IMG/VR virus record: IMGVR_UViG_2778261638_000005
Span: 1 to 64,000 of that record
Source: a virus
Lineage: Duplodnaviria; Heunggongvirae; Uroviricota; Caudoviricetes
Length of the DNA stretch: 64,000 bases
Strand: one strand, 5' to 3'
Below, one piece after another: positions 19,584 through 27,460 of this stretch; within the stretch, counting starts at the first letter, position 1; every line of letters begins with the position of its first letter. Position numbers and translations under genes: made by a program. Under the pieces are notes generated by a model. The model was given only the letters and a program-made list of their open reading frames with translations, was not told the origin of the DNA and did not search any database.

Positions 19584-19940
19584 ATGAACGACCAGCAAAT
19601 CGAAAAAGAAATCGTTGAGAAAGGCAAAACGGCACCGCGAGTTACGCCTCAATATATCGAAAGCATCATTCTTGAAGAGCATTTCTTTACTGCTTATGAC
19701 GGCATTCGTGCCGCCAATATGGGCGTTGGCGATTCATGGACAGCGCATAACTCTACAGACCTCCTGACTTTCTGCGTACTGGTGCTGAAGAATGGCTTCA
19801 CCGTCACCGGAGAGAGTGCCTGTGCAAGCCAGGAAAACTTTGATGCAGAAATTGGTCGGAAGATTGCCCGGCAGAATGCTGTAAACAAAATCTGGATGCT
19901 CGAAGGTTACTTGCTGAAGCAGAAGCTAAGCGAGCAATAA
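19584..19940 (+). CDS. Gp49-like (N4 gp49 / Sf6 gene 66 family-like) protein, 118 aa
   Basis: Sequence resembles the small prophage protein family common in enterobacterial prophages (recollection); AAGGTGAG RBS; opposite strand to flanking genes. Confidence 0.5.
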   Translation: MNDQQIEKEIVEKGKTAPRVTPQYIESIILEEHFFTAYDGIRAANMGVGDSWTAHNSTDLLTFCVLVLKNGFTVTGESACASQENFDAEIGRKIARQNAVNKIWMLEGYLLKQKLSEQ

Positions 19941-19960
19941 CACCGTGACATGTCACAAAC

Positions 19961-19987
19961 AGCCAGCCGATGAGCTGGCTTTGTTTT
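19961..19987 (+). terminator. Intrinsic terminator AGCCAGC-N6-GCTGGCT + UUGUUUU after Gp49-like gene
   Basis: 7-bp stem followed by T-rich tract; lies between convergent genes. Confidence 0.5.
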
Positions 19988-20030
19988 ATCCTCACCAGAG
20001 GATATCAGCAGCATTATCCCCTCCAACGGA

Positions 20031-21506
20031 TTAAGCATAGGGATCGTAATCTGTGATGGCCTTGCCTTGCTGGTTCTGCTGCCCGGGAATTCGCAGACGC
20101 TTCGACACAGGGAACGCAAACGTCAGCAGTAGCGCATCGCCTTTACCCGGCGAACGCCCAAGCCGCTCCTTGATATCTTCCTTCGGTTCGATAACGATTT
20201 TACCGTCCACTCGAACTTTGTACTCAGCCGCCGACAGGTCGTCCGCTGTTTCCTGGTCATCAAGCATGCCACCCAGCCTCAGCCATGTCTTGCATGAGTT
20301 GAACATCTCCCCACGCTTGTTGAGCATCTGCGGGTCAGTAGACGCGCCACCGAACGGAACAAGTTGCCATGTACGACCCCAGCCGTCACCGATTGACTTC
20401 AGACCAGTTCCGTAACCGAAGTCGATGAACACTGCGTCAGCCTGGTACTGGTCTTCAAAGTCAGCGATACGCTTCGCCATAATCAGATCGTCAGTGGTCT
20501 TGTTGCCAGTCCACAGCACCTTACTGTGCAGCCCCTGCCGCAGGTATATCACAGCGTCATCAACGCCGGAGTATGCCGGGTCAACGCCGATTATCACCGG
20601 AGCATGTGCAACCTGCGCAGCGGTTACCACCCGTTTCATTGCCTCGTCAGTAAGGCCAGTAGGGATAAACTGCAATTCAGATGCATCCGGGAATATGCCG
20701 CGCACACGGATTTTAACGAAGTCGCTGTCTTCCCCGTAGTCATCAACCCATTTCTGCAACTGCTGTTTGTTAGTGCCTTCCACCGTCCGGCTGTCAATCT
20801 GCGCACACTTCCAGCGGTGTTTGTACTTGCGGAAACATTCACGGAAACGCCCGGTGTTACGCGTCGGGTTTCCGAACGCCACCCAGATAATCTCAGTGTC
20901 TTCGTCCGTTAGCGCACCCTCGGCAACTTCCCACACCAGATCCGCAATGTTCGACGCTTCATCGAATACCACGATGATGCGTTTGCGCTCGTTGTGTAGT
21001 CCGGCGAATGCCTCAGTGTTGTGCTCAGACCAGGGGATTGCGTCAGCTCGCCACCGCTTGTCGTGCCCAGGGTCATTGCTGTACATCGCGGTAGCGGTAC
21101 AGGTAAACCAGTCTTTCGTGATAGCAAGGTTCGACCACTTGATAATTTCCGGCCAAGTCTTCGTTCGTAGCTGGTTGTCGGTGTTGGCGGTCACCACGAC
21201 CTTACAATCCTCGCAAGTGGACATGCCCCAGTTGATCAGCATTGAGATGAATGCGGATTTACCAATACCGTGACCCGAAGCACGTGCCAGCATAAGCGGC
21301 TGATAGCGCGTCTCTGGATTCTGCAGGTGATCACGTATCTCTCGGAACGCATCAGCCTGCCACTGACGTGGACCGGTGGCATGTGCTAATTCAGTCCCCT
21401 CTTCCCCCCACGGGAACGCATAGAGGGCATAGCCAAGCGGATCGTGAGTGAACCCTGCAATATCCTCGATCAACTGCTCTTCAGGAGATAACGCTGTATC
21501 TGTCAC
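20031..21506 (-). CDS. Terminase large subunit (491 aa)
   Basis: N-terminal ATPase with Walker A-like GHGIGKS, C-terminal nuclease-type acidic residues; overlaps small-subunit gene. Confidence 0.85.
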   Translation of the reverse strand: MTDTALSPEEQLIEDIAGFTHDPLGYALYAFPWGEEGTELAHATGPRQWQADAFREIRDHLQNPETRYQPLMLARASGHGIGKSAFISMLINWGMSTCEDCKVVVTANTDNQLRTKTWPEIIKWSNLAITKDWFTCTATAMYSNDPGHDKRWRADAIPWSEHNTEAFAGLHNERKRIIVVFDEASNIADLVWEVAEGALTDEDTEIIWVAFGNPTRNTGRFRECFRKYKHRWKCAQIDSRTVEGTNKQQLQKWVDDYGEDSDFVKIRVRGIFPDASELQFIPTGLTDEAMKRVVTAAQVAHAPVIIGVDPAYSGVDDAVIYLRQGLHSKVLWTGNKTTDDLIMAKRIADFEDQYQADAVFIDFGYGTGLKSIGDGWGRTWQLVPFGGASTDPQMLNKRGEMFNSCKTWLRLGGMLDDQETADDLSAAEYKVRVDGKIVIEPKEDIKERLGRSPGKGDALLLTFAFPVSKRLRIPGQQNQQGKAITDYDPYA

Positions 21507-22099
21507 TGATTACCATCCTGACGTTCTTTGAGTCGCTTCCTGGCTGCTGCTATGCGATCAGCAATTGTCACATTCACATTAACATCCAGACGTTCTTTGA
21601 ACGCGTTGACATCAACATGCTTACCAATCAGCTCAAGGTTCTTCACCTTGTCAGGCCATTTAATTTTTTTGAGGATTGTCTCTATCGAATCCTCGTTCAT
21701 GTTCATGATGGTCGATGACAGATCAAAGCCACTAAGCGTAGTGCGCCAAATTTTCGGCCACTCACGGATTGGTTTAAGGCTCCCATCGTCGTTGAGGATG
21801 TCGATCACGTCCATCTGGTCGATCTCCACCAGGCGCATGAGAACGTAATCAGCACTGACGCGCATTCGTTTGTTGCGCTCCTCCATCAACTCGGCAATCC
21901 GTTTTTGAATGCGTTCATCGCGCATCATGACACTGGCTTTAACTGCCGCTGTATTTGGGGAGAATCCTGCGTTAATCGCTGCCTGAGTCTGGTTTTCAGG
22001 CGTTTTGATGTATGACTGGCAATAAGCCTCCTGCATTGCTGTTAGTGGCTTAAATTGCGTTGATTTGCGTTTATAGGTTTTAGGTTCAGCAGGCATCAT
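21503..22099 (-). CDS. Terminase small subunit (about 198 aa; start set at MMPAEPK)
   Basis: Precedes and overlaps large subunit; upstream part of the long ORF contains a terminator hairpin, so the internal ATG is preferred. Confidence 0.6.
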   Translation of the reverse strand: MMPAEPKTYKRKSTQFKPLTAMQEAYCQSYIKTPENQTQAAINAGFSPNTAAVKASVMMRDERIQKRIAELMEERNKRMRVSADYVLMRLVEIDQMDVIDILNDDGSLKPIREWPKIWRTTLSGFDLSSTIMNMNEDSIETILKKIKWPDKVKNLELIGKHVDVNAFKERLDVNVNVTIADRIAAARKRLKERQDGNQ

Positions 22100-22150
22100 A
22101 ACCACCGTGGTAATAGTTACCGTTGTGGTAATAGTATCATGCAAAATAAA

Positions 22151-22168
22151 GCCGCCATAGTTGGCGGC
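22151..22168 (-). terminator. Hairpin GCCGCCA-N4-TGGCGGC + UUUAUUUU (minus strand) upstream of terminase operon
   Basis: 7-bp stem and U-tract when read on the minus strand. Confidence 0.5.
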
Positions 22169-22217
22169 AGTATTCAAAACCCATCAAATTCATCATGCAT
22201 AATCTACTCGTGACATG

Positions 22218-22556
22218 TCACACTATTAATTTCGTTTCATGCCAGCCTTTAGTCACCCAGCATTGCGAGTCACCATTACACGGGCATGAATTAACTGGAA
22301 CTCTCTCGCCGCACTTACCGCAACGTTTTCTGCTGATCGATTTTATACGCCCGCGCACGCGTGCATCATCCTGGCGGATCAGTAACGCTATATACTCACC
22401 AAATTCGTAAGGCGCACGCCCGGGGCGACGCGTGGCACAGTTACGCTCCAGCATTTCAATTTCCTGAGCATCAAGCACAATTTCCAGCTTACGCACACCA
22501 GATGCAGCTTGTCTGGCTCTCTGAGCGGCTTTGCGCTCTGCTGATGATTTAGCCAT
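22218..22556 (-). CDS. Hypothetical protein with C-terminal Cys-rich zinc-ribbon-like motif (112 aa)
   Basis: CGKCG...CPCNGDSQC motif; basic N-terminus. Confidence 0.4.
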   Translation of the reverse strand: MAKSSAERKAAQRARQAASGVRKLEIVLDAQEIEMLERNCATRRPGRAPYEFGEYIALLIRQDDARVRGRIKSISRKRCGKCGERVPVNSCPCNGDSQCWVTKGWHETKLIV

Positions 22557-22917
22557 TCTGATTTTCCTGCATCATGAGAAATACAATCATGGCGGCGCGG
22601 AGTGGGTTGTTGTCTATGGTAATAAATTCACAAAATCTATCCGCCTCCCACCAATATTCATTCTTCATTCCAGGATTATTTCTTTCGTATGCACATATGC
22701 TGATCTGATGTTTTGCGATTACAGGCCATGAGGCGCTCGGATCATTGCAGTAGTCAGGTAAAGGGTTTAATGGCTCAAAAGTTGTATCAGCATTTCCGTA
22801 ATACCATTTGTTGGTGTTATTCCCTGATGTTTCCGGTTTACATGCCCAAAGGCCTTTAAAAATTATGTCTCCTACCATTCTGTTAATTTCAAAATCACTT
22901 AACTGTGAATAGTCCAT
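22549..22917 (-). CDS. DUF2591-like phage protein (122 aa from MDYSQLSDFEINRMVGDI)
   Basis: N-terminus resembles the DUF2591 family seen in enterobacterial prophages (recollection); TAATG stop-start overlap with upstream gene. Confidence 0.45.
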   Translation of the reverse strand: MDYSQLSDFEINRMVGDIIFKGLWACKPETSGNNTNKWYYGNADTTFEPLNPLPDYCNDPSASWPVIAKHQISICAYERNNPGMKNEYWWEADRFCEFITIDNNPLRAAMIVFLMMQENQNG

Positions 22918-23300
22918 TACTTCACCTCCTGCGGCGGTTCTGGTAGCGGCATCCAATTGATTACATCGCATTCAGGGATGCTGATATCATCACCAAGCCA
23001 CCCTTGACCTTCAGACCAGCATTGCACGTAATACCCGTATTCTGTGTTCACTACGCACCACTGCGCGTCGTCCGGCATTTGCTCACTACAGCTTATCCAA
23101 TCATCCGGAGTTACCGGAGAGTTGCCCGATAGCTGGTTCAACTTGTAAGTTTGGCTTACAGGTTCTGCTTCCAGCGATGCCAGTGCAATTCGTGCCAGCT
23201 CTTCCGCTTCTTCTGCTGGCAGTACAACGTTGCTACCAGGTCCGTATGTTTCGCGCCACTGCTTGATTGTCAGCAGTCGCTCTTTGGTTATAGTGGTCAT
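22917..23300 (-). CDS. DUF551-like phage protein (127 aa)
   Basis: C-terminal W/C-rich motif WISCSEQMPDD...WCVV...W typical of DUF551 (recollection). Confidence 0.5.
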   Translation of the reverse strand: MTTITKERLLTIKQWRETYGPGSNVVLPAEEAEELARIALASLEAEPVSQTYKLNQLSGNSPVTPDDWISCSEQMPDDAQWCVVNTEYGYYVQCWSEGQGWLGDDISIPECDVINWMPLPEPPQEVK

Positions 23301-23557
23301 TTGTTAATCCTCAAAACTTTATGCCCGGGCGCAAAAGCACGCGTTTTGTCTTTGCTTATTCGCCAGCCATCCTTGCGCGCCTCTTTTGCACAGCCAGCCC
23401 ATGACGTACCTATATACTCACCGAAGTCTGGCGACTTATATTTGCCATCTGTACATTGGAGGCAATCACAATAGAGATGCATGGTGTAACTTGCAGCGAT
23501 AGCCATATCACTCTCCTTTAGTGCGCAAGTGGTTTTTCCAGCGGTTTTGCGCCGCAC
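23297..23557 (-). CDS. Hypothetical Cys-rich protein (86 aa; start uncertain)
   Basis: ORF coupled to downstream gene; several Cys. Confidence 0.3.
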   Translation of the reverse strand: MRRKTAGKTTCALKESDMAIAASYTMHLYCDCLQCTDGKYKSPDFGEYIGTSWAGCAKEARKDGWRISKDKTRAFAPGHKVLRINK

Positions 23558-23865
23558 TGGGCTTTTTGCAACAGCTGTGACCCATCACCCCGCAACACCC
23601 CGTCAACCTCACTCGTCTGTTACTAATCCTCAACCATCGCCAGACCCCAACACCGTTTCTGCTAGCTAACAGAATTTTTGCCTTACGGTTTTTCATCGTT
23701 TTGTTCTCCTGCGTTTCCTTGCTGCTCGTTTCGCCGCTGCAACGCCTGTACGGCGTTTCGGTGCCGGAATGATGCTGTCAGCCATCAGGACATACGGCTT
23801 TGCAATTAGCGCAGAAGCCCAAAAACGAGTCGGGTACGGTAACAAGCCGATACATGCCACACGCA

Positions 23866-24537
23866 TTACTCACCTCCTTTGATGCGAATGCCTGCGGCGC
23901 GTGGCACATTAACTTCCACGATGCGCACTGTTGGTTTGTACATCTCAATCGCTGTCAGCCAGTCAGCTCCTGTCATGCGCTTTTCCGCATCGCCATTAGT
24001 CCACTGAACCGGTACACCAATAGCCTTCATCGCAATTTCTATTTCCCCGGCAATGGCGCTTTTCCCGCAACCAGTAAAACCAGATACAACGACAAGAACT
24101 TCGCCTTTGGCTGGTTTTATTTCCCGAGCTTCCAGTTCTGCTATGCGCTTACTTCCATCCGCGATTACTCCCTCGTAATACTCACGCTGCTCGTTGAGTT
24201 TTGATTTTGCTTCCTCAAGCTCAACACGCAGTTCCCTTACCGTTAGCGCAATTTCCTCGTTCTCCTGGTCACGGCTTTTGATGTATTGCTGGTTTCTTTC
24301 CCGTTCATCCAGCAGCGCCTGCACTACTTCAGGGTTGAAATCTGCGATATAACGAGCGTTGTTCTCTGCGTTTTTCTGCCCATCAAAGCCGGGCCATTTG
24401 ATAACGTCTTCACATCGTTTATCACCAGGTGTATGCACCGCATATGTACCAGTACCAGACGAAATAAATGCGACCCATTCACCCTGTGTTGCCAGTTGCG
24501 CCGCTTCACGCAGTGCCTGATAGTCAATCTTGCTCAC
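23866..24537 (-). CDS. Ea22-like (ead/Ea22 family) protein, 223 aa
   Basis: N-terminus MSKIDYQALREAAQLATQGEW matches the Ea22-like signature (recollection); coiled-coil middle. Confidence 0.55.
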   Translation of the reverse strand: MSKIDYQALREAAQLATQGEWVAFISSGTGTYAVHTPGDKRCEDVIKWPGFDGQKNAENNARYIADFNPEVVQALLDERERNQQYIKSRDQENEEIALTVRELRVELEEAKSKLNEQREYYEGVIADGSKRIAELEAREIKPAKGEVLVVVSGFTGCGKSAIAGEIEIAMKAIGVPVQWTNGDAEKRMTGADWLTAIEMYKPTVRIVEVNVPRAAGIRIKGGE

Positions 24538-25154
24538 TGGTTGCCTCCTTTGCGAAGCTGGGCGGCGATATCTTCGAGAACGCCATCAGAGAATGAACGG
24601 TCAAAATCGCCTTCCGGCGCATTAGCCATAAACTCAGTAGAGGTAAGAATCATCCGGGCAATATCAGCGGCGTTCTTCGCAGTATCATCAATAAAACCAG
24701 CTTCCCAGGCAGCCAGCATTCTGTTCGCCACAAAGTAAGCGCCCTCCTTGCGTGCTTCAGTCTTCACTTCAGCCAAGAAAGCGTCGGTGGCTGGGGTTTT
24801 TATTTCGTTAAGTGCATCACTGAATCCACCTCTCTCCATACCTAGCTCTGCTTCGTAATCGGCATCGAATGCAGCGTCTTTGCAGAACTTCTTCAGCTTT
24901 GCATTCTCCGCTGCCAGCGCCGAAAACTTCTCGTGTGCCAACTTAACAGCTGCATCAGCCTGCTTAATTGACTCAATCGCTCTCTGGTGGTCTTCGGCCA
25001 GCGCATTAGCACGCACCAGTTGCACTTCCAATTGCGTTGCCAAATTGCTGATCAGCTTTGCCACACTACGCATATCAACGGCCCCACATTCTGCTTTCAG
25101 TTCCGAAGCCATCTCATGCCCGGCGGAAACTAACCCTTTGATATTACTTTCCAT
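24534..25154 (-). CDS. Ea22-like/coiled-coil phage protein (206 aa)
   Basis: Coiled-coil protein coupled to the downstream Ea22-like gene. Confidence 0.4.
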   Translation of the reverse strand: MESNIKGLVSAGHEMASELKAECGAVDMRSVAKLISNLATQLEVQLVRANALAEDHQRAIESIKQADAAVKLAHEKFSALAAENAKLKKFCKDAAFDADYEAELGMERGGFSDALNEIKTPATDAFLAEVKTEARKEGAYFVANRMLAAWEAGFIDDTAKNAADIARMILTSTEFMANAPEGDFDRSFSDGVLEDIAAQLRKGGNQ

Positions 25155-25215
25155 CTTTACCCTCGCTTATCCACATAACTTATTGATTACATTGATAACT
25201 AAAAAGATCGTCGAT

Positions 25216-25560
25216 TCAGAACTCTTCGATATTCCAGCCGCCACCTGCTTTCTTTGGCTTAACCGTTACCCCGATGATTCGGAACGGATACTGATCTGCG
25301 GCGACTTTGGTTTTCACCCTGGCGTCGTCGGTCCAGAAACCTTTCACTTCATGCAGTTCCATCTCACCAGTGGCGAGCATCACAGCGAAATCTGGCGTAT
25401 AGAACGTGTTGTCAGCCAGCCGCAGCTTGATACCCTCGAACCGATACCAGGCGATTTCCCCTGCACGTTTACGCTGCTCAAGGTGCTGGCAATACGCAGA
25501 TTCTGTTTTGTTCATCTGGCCTGTTTTGAGTCGACCAAGAGCCTGTATCTGCTTTCTCAT
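25216..25560 (-). CDS. DUF1064-like phage protein (114 aa)
   Basis: Sequence resembles the DUF1064 family common in lambdoid nin regions (recollection). Confidence 0.5.
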   Translation of the reverse strand: MRKQIQALGRLKTGQMNKTESAYCQHLEQRKRAGEIAWYRFEGIKLRLADNTFYTPDFAVMLATGEMELHEVKGFWTDDARVKTKVAADQYPFRIIGVTVKPKKAGGGWNIEEF

Positions 25561-25563
25561 GAT

Positions 25564-25640
25564 TTACCCCTGAGGTAATTAAAAACCACATAAGACACGA
25601 AATCAATAGATTTTAGAATATTTCATTACCCAGAAGGTAA
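25564..25640. promoter_or_regulatory. Third copy of regulatory cassette: palindromes TTACCCCTGAGGTAA (25564..25578) and TTACCCAGAAGGTAA (25626..25640) flanking a TTGATT-17-TTTAAT promoter-like element
   Basis: Minus-strand reading: TTGATT, 17 nt, TTTAAT, then the palindrome overlapping the leader/RBS of the DUF1064-like gene. Confidence 0.5.
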
Positions 25641-25785
25641 TTATTGAGGCGTAAAAAAATGCGCTATCGCGCTGGTATTACTTGATAAATCCTGCCGCCT
25701 TTCCCCGCCTGTATTCCTCCATCAGCCACTGCGCCGGTGTTATTCCCCCCAGGGTGGCGGCGTTAGGCATGCACTAAAGCGCGCA

Positions 25786-25859
25786 AAATCATTTGATACC
25801 GTTTTGAATTTTTTTTGATACCACCCAAAACGGCACAACGAAAAATTATTTGATACTAA
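25786..25859. repeat. Right-end transposase-binding-type repeats (ATTTGATAC motif x3)
   Basis: AAATCATTTGATAC 25786..25799, TTTTGATACC about 25814..25823, AAATTATTTGATACT 25843..25857; inverted relative to the left-end copies. Confidence 0.6.
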
Positions 25860-26593
25860 TCGGGAGTGCTTTTAGGGTATGGCTGAACCCTGAATAGCTT
25901 AGTATTTAGCCGCTTCCTTGCTCGCTTGTTCAGGAACCTGATGTAGCGATACTGATTAAATTTGTGCACCACGGCACGCTCTTTATTAGCCCGTAAATAC
26001 ACGCCTCGTTGTCCACCGCGCTTAATTGCGTTCATCGTTATCTCGTGATACCACTCACCATCCAGCTCGTAGAACGTGCTTTCATGGCTGCCAATAAAAT
26101 CAAAATTCGACGCCTGATACACAACGCCTGCGCGTCCGCAGCGTTCGTCAGCAAAGGACTGAACCCACTCCACTGACGGATACAGTAATCTGATAACTTT
26201 CAGCGCGTAGCTGATGGCCCGTGATTCAGAGTTGCGGGGCATGTCGTCGTGTAGCCACATGCGATTCAACTCCATATAGCCCCGGTTATCCGTTTCAAGC
26301 ACGACACGACGACCTGAGTTGGGGTTAAGGGCATATCCCCACTGGAGAACGCCAACCAGATCGCGTCCGCTGAATACTCCCAGGTGGAGGTAAGAGTTAT
26401 TCACAAAACGGCGGGAATAGTGCTTTGTCTGAATAATTGTGCGGGCCAGCCAGCAGGATATGGTTTCAACGCGCAGCTCCTTTGAACCATAGCCAACAAT
26501 CTGGCCTTCATACTCAATAACGCACGGTTTCGTCAGAATGCGTGATTTTTTCTCTTTTCCCACAATGTTTCTCCGTGGGATGCTCGCAGGCAT
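25856..26593 (-). CDS. mom: Mom DNA-modification protein (start codon uncertain)
   Basis: Directly downstream of and overlapping com, last gene before the element end as in Mu; about 245-aa ORF. Confidence 0.7.
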   Translation of the reverse strand: MPASIPRRNIVGKEKKSRILTKPCVIEYEGQIVGYGSKELRVETISCWLARTIIQTKHYSRRFVNNSYLHLGVFSGRDLVGVLQWGYALNPNSGRRVVLETDNRGYMELNRMWLHDDMPRNSESRAISYALKVIRLLYPSVEWVQSFADERCGRAGVVYQASNFDFIGSHESTFYELDGEWYHEITMNAIKRGGQRGVYLRANKERAVVHKFNQYRYIRFLNKRARKRLNTKLFRVQPYPKSTPD

Positions 26594-26702
26594 TCAGCAT
26601 TATGATGTGACGTTTGCAACGCGGACACCTGATTTCAATGTGATCAAAGGAATCCGCCTTAAATAACAGTTTGTTGCAGTTTTTACAGCGAATTGATTTC
26701 AT
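26514..26702 (-). CDS. com: Com zinc-finger translational activator of mom (62 aa)
   Basis: [32 protein letters not shown]..., Cys4 zinc finger, 62 aa, overlaps mom start; matches my recollection of Mu Com. Confidence 0.85.
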   Translation of the reverse strand: MKSIRCKNCNKLLFKADSFDHIEIRCPRCKRHIIMLNACEHPTEKHCGKREKITHSDETVRY

Positions 26703-26776
26703 CTCACCTCCTTTGCATCAATTCGCCACTATCTTAAAAAACATCATGGGTTGAGTGTGGTTATTGGGGCATAATC

Positions 26777-26811
26777 GATCTGTATTACCGATCGATTTAA
26801 TTGATTCGATC
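26777..26811. promoter_or_regulatory. Cluster of three GATC (Dam) sites upstream of com-mom (Mu Pmom-type regulatory region)
   Basis: GATC at 26777, 26790 and 26808 within 35 bp; in Mu the equivalent cluster governs methylation-sensitive repression of mom. Confidence 0.65.
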
Positions 26812-27378
26812 GTCGTTTTCTATATGCGCTCGTTTCGCGGGGTGTTTTTTATACAGAGTTGACAGGGCCACATCGTAGATCAATGCAACCTGCTTGCGGG
26901 GGATTCCTTGTGCTAATAAACGCCCGGCCTGCTCCCATTCCGCTTTGGTTAGTTTAGGTGGTCGCCCACCAATACGGCCTTTATTTCTGGCGGCAGCAAG
27001 TCCAGCCATCGTTCGCTCGATGATTAGTTCTCGTTCCATTTCAGCCAGGGCACCCATAACGTGGAAGAAAAAACGCCCCATTGGAGAAGATGTGTCTATG
27101 CTGTCGGTCAGACTGCGAAAATTAATCCCTCGCTCCCGTAGTTCCCCGACGAGAGAAATCAGATGTTTCATGCTTCGCCCGAGGCGATCCAGTTTCCAGA
27201 CAACCAGCGTGTCACCTTTTTGAAGGCGCTTTAAAGCGCGTTTTAATCCCGGTCGGTCTGTCTTTGTCCCGCTTAATTTATCTTCAAATATTTGTTCACA
27301 TCCTGCACAAACAAGAGCGTTTCGTTGCAGGTCTGTATTCTGGTCATTTGTTGATACCCTTACATAGCCAATCAGCAC
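26797..27378 (-). CDS. gin: Serine DNA invertase, Gin/Hin/Pin/Cin family (193 aa)
   Basis: N-terminus MLIGYVRVSTNDQNTDLQ with catalytic Ser, C-terminal HTH; adjacent to invertible fibre segment. Confidence 0.9.
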   Translation of the reverse strand: MLIGYVRVSTNDQNTDLQRNALVCAGCEQIFEDKLSGTKTDRPGLKRALKRLQKGDTLVVWKLDRLGRSMKHLISLVGELRERGINFRSLTDSIDTSSPMGRFFFHVMGALAEMERELIIERTMAGLAAARNKGRIGGRPPKLTKAEWEQAGRLLAQGIPRKQVALIYDVALSTLYKKHPAKRAHIENDDRIN

Positions 27379-27432
27379 TCTGGATCTCCCGTTTAAAAGC
27401 GCAAATCATGCCATGCAGGCCGGAAACAACCA

Positions 27433-27460
27433 TTATCTAAAACCTCGGTTTACAGGAAAC
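27433..27460. repeat. gix-type recombination site (left inverted repeat) TTATCTAAAACCTCGGTTTACAGGAAAC
   Basis: 26 of 28 nt identical to the reverse complement of 30496..30523; fits gix/hix-type crossover sites. Confidence 0.8.

Noticed and set aside
22099-22177. Longer N-terminal extension of terminase small subunit (start at 22177)
   Set aside because: Extension is encoded by the terminator hairpin and a TATTACC direct repeat; internal ATG at 22099 preferred, though without a strong RBS
26797-27378. Serine recombinase as a prophage integrase
   Set aside because: Small (193 aa) Gin/Hin-type invertase adjacent to gix-flanked fibre segment; Mu-type elements integrate by DDE transposition, not via this enzyme
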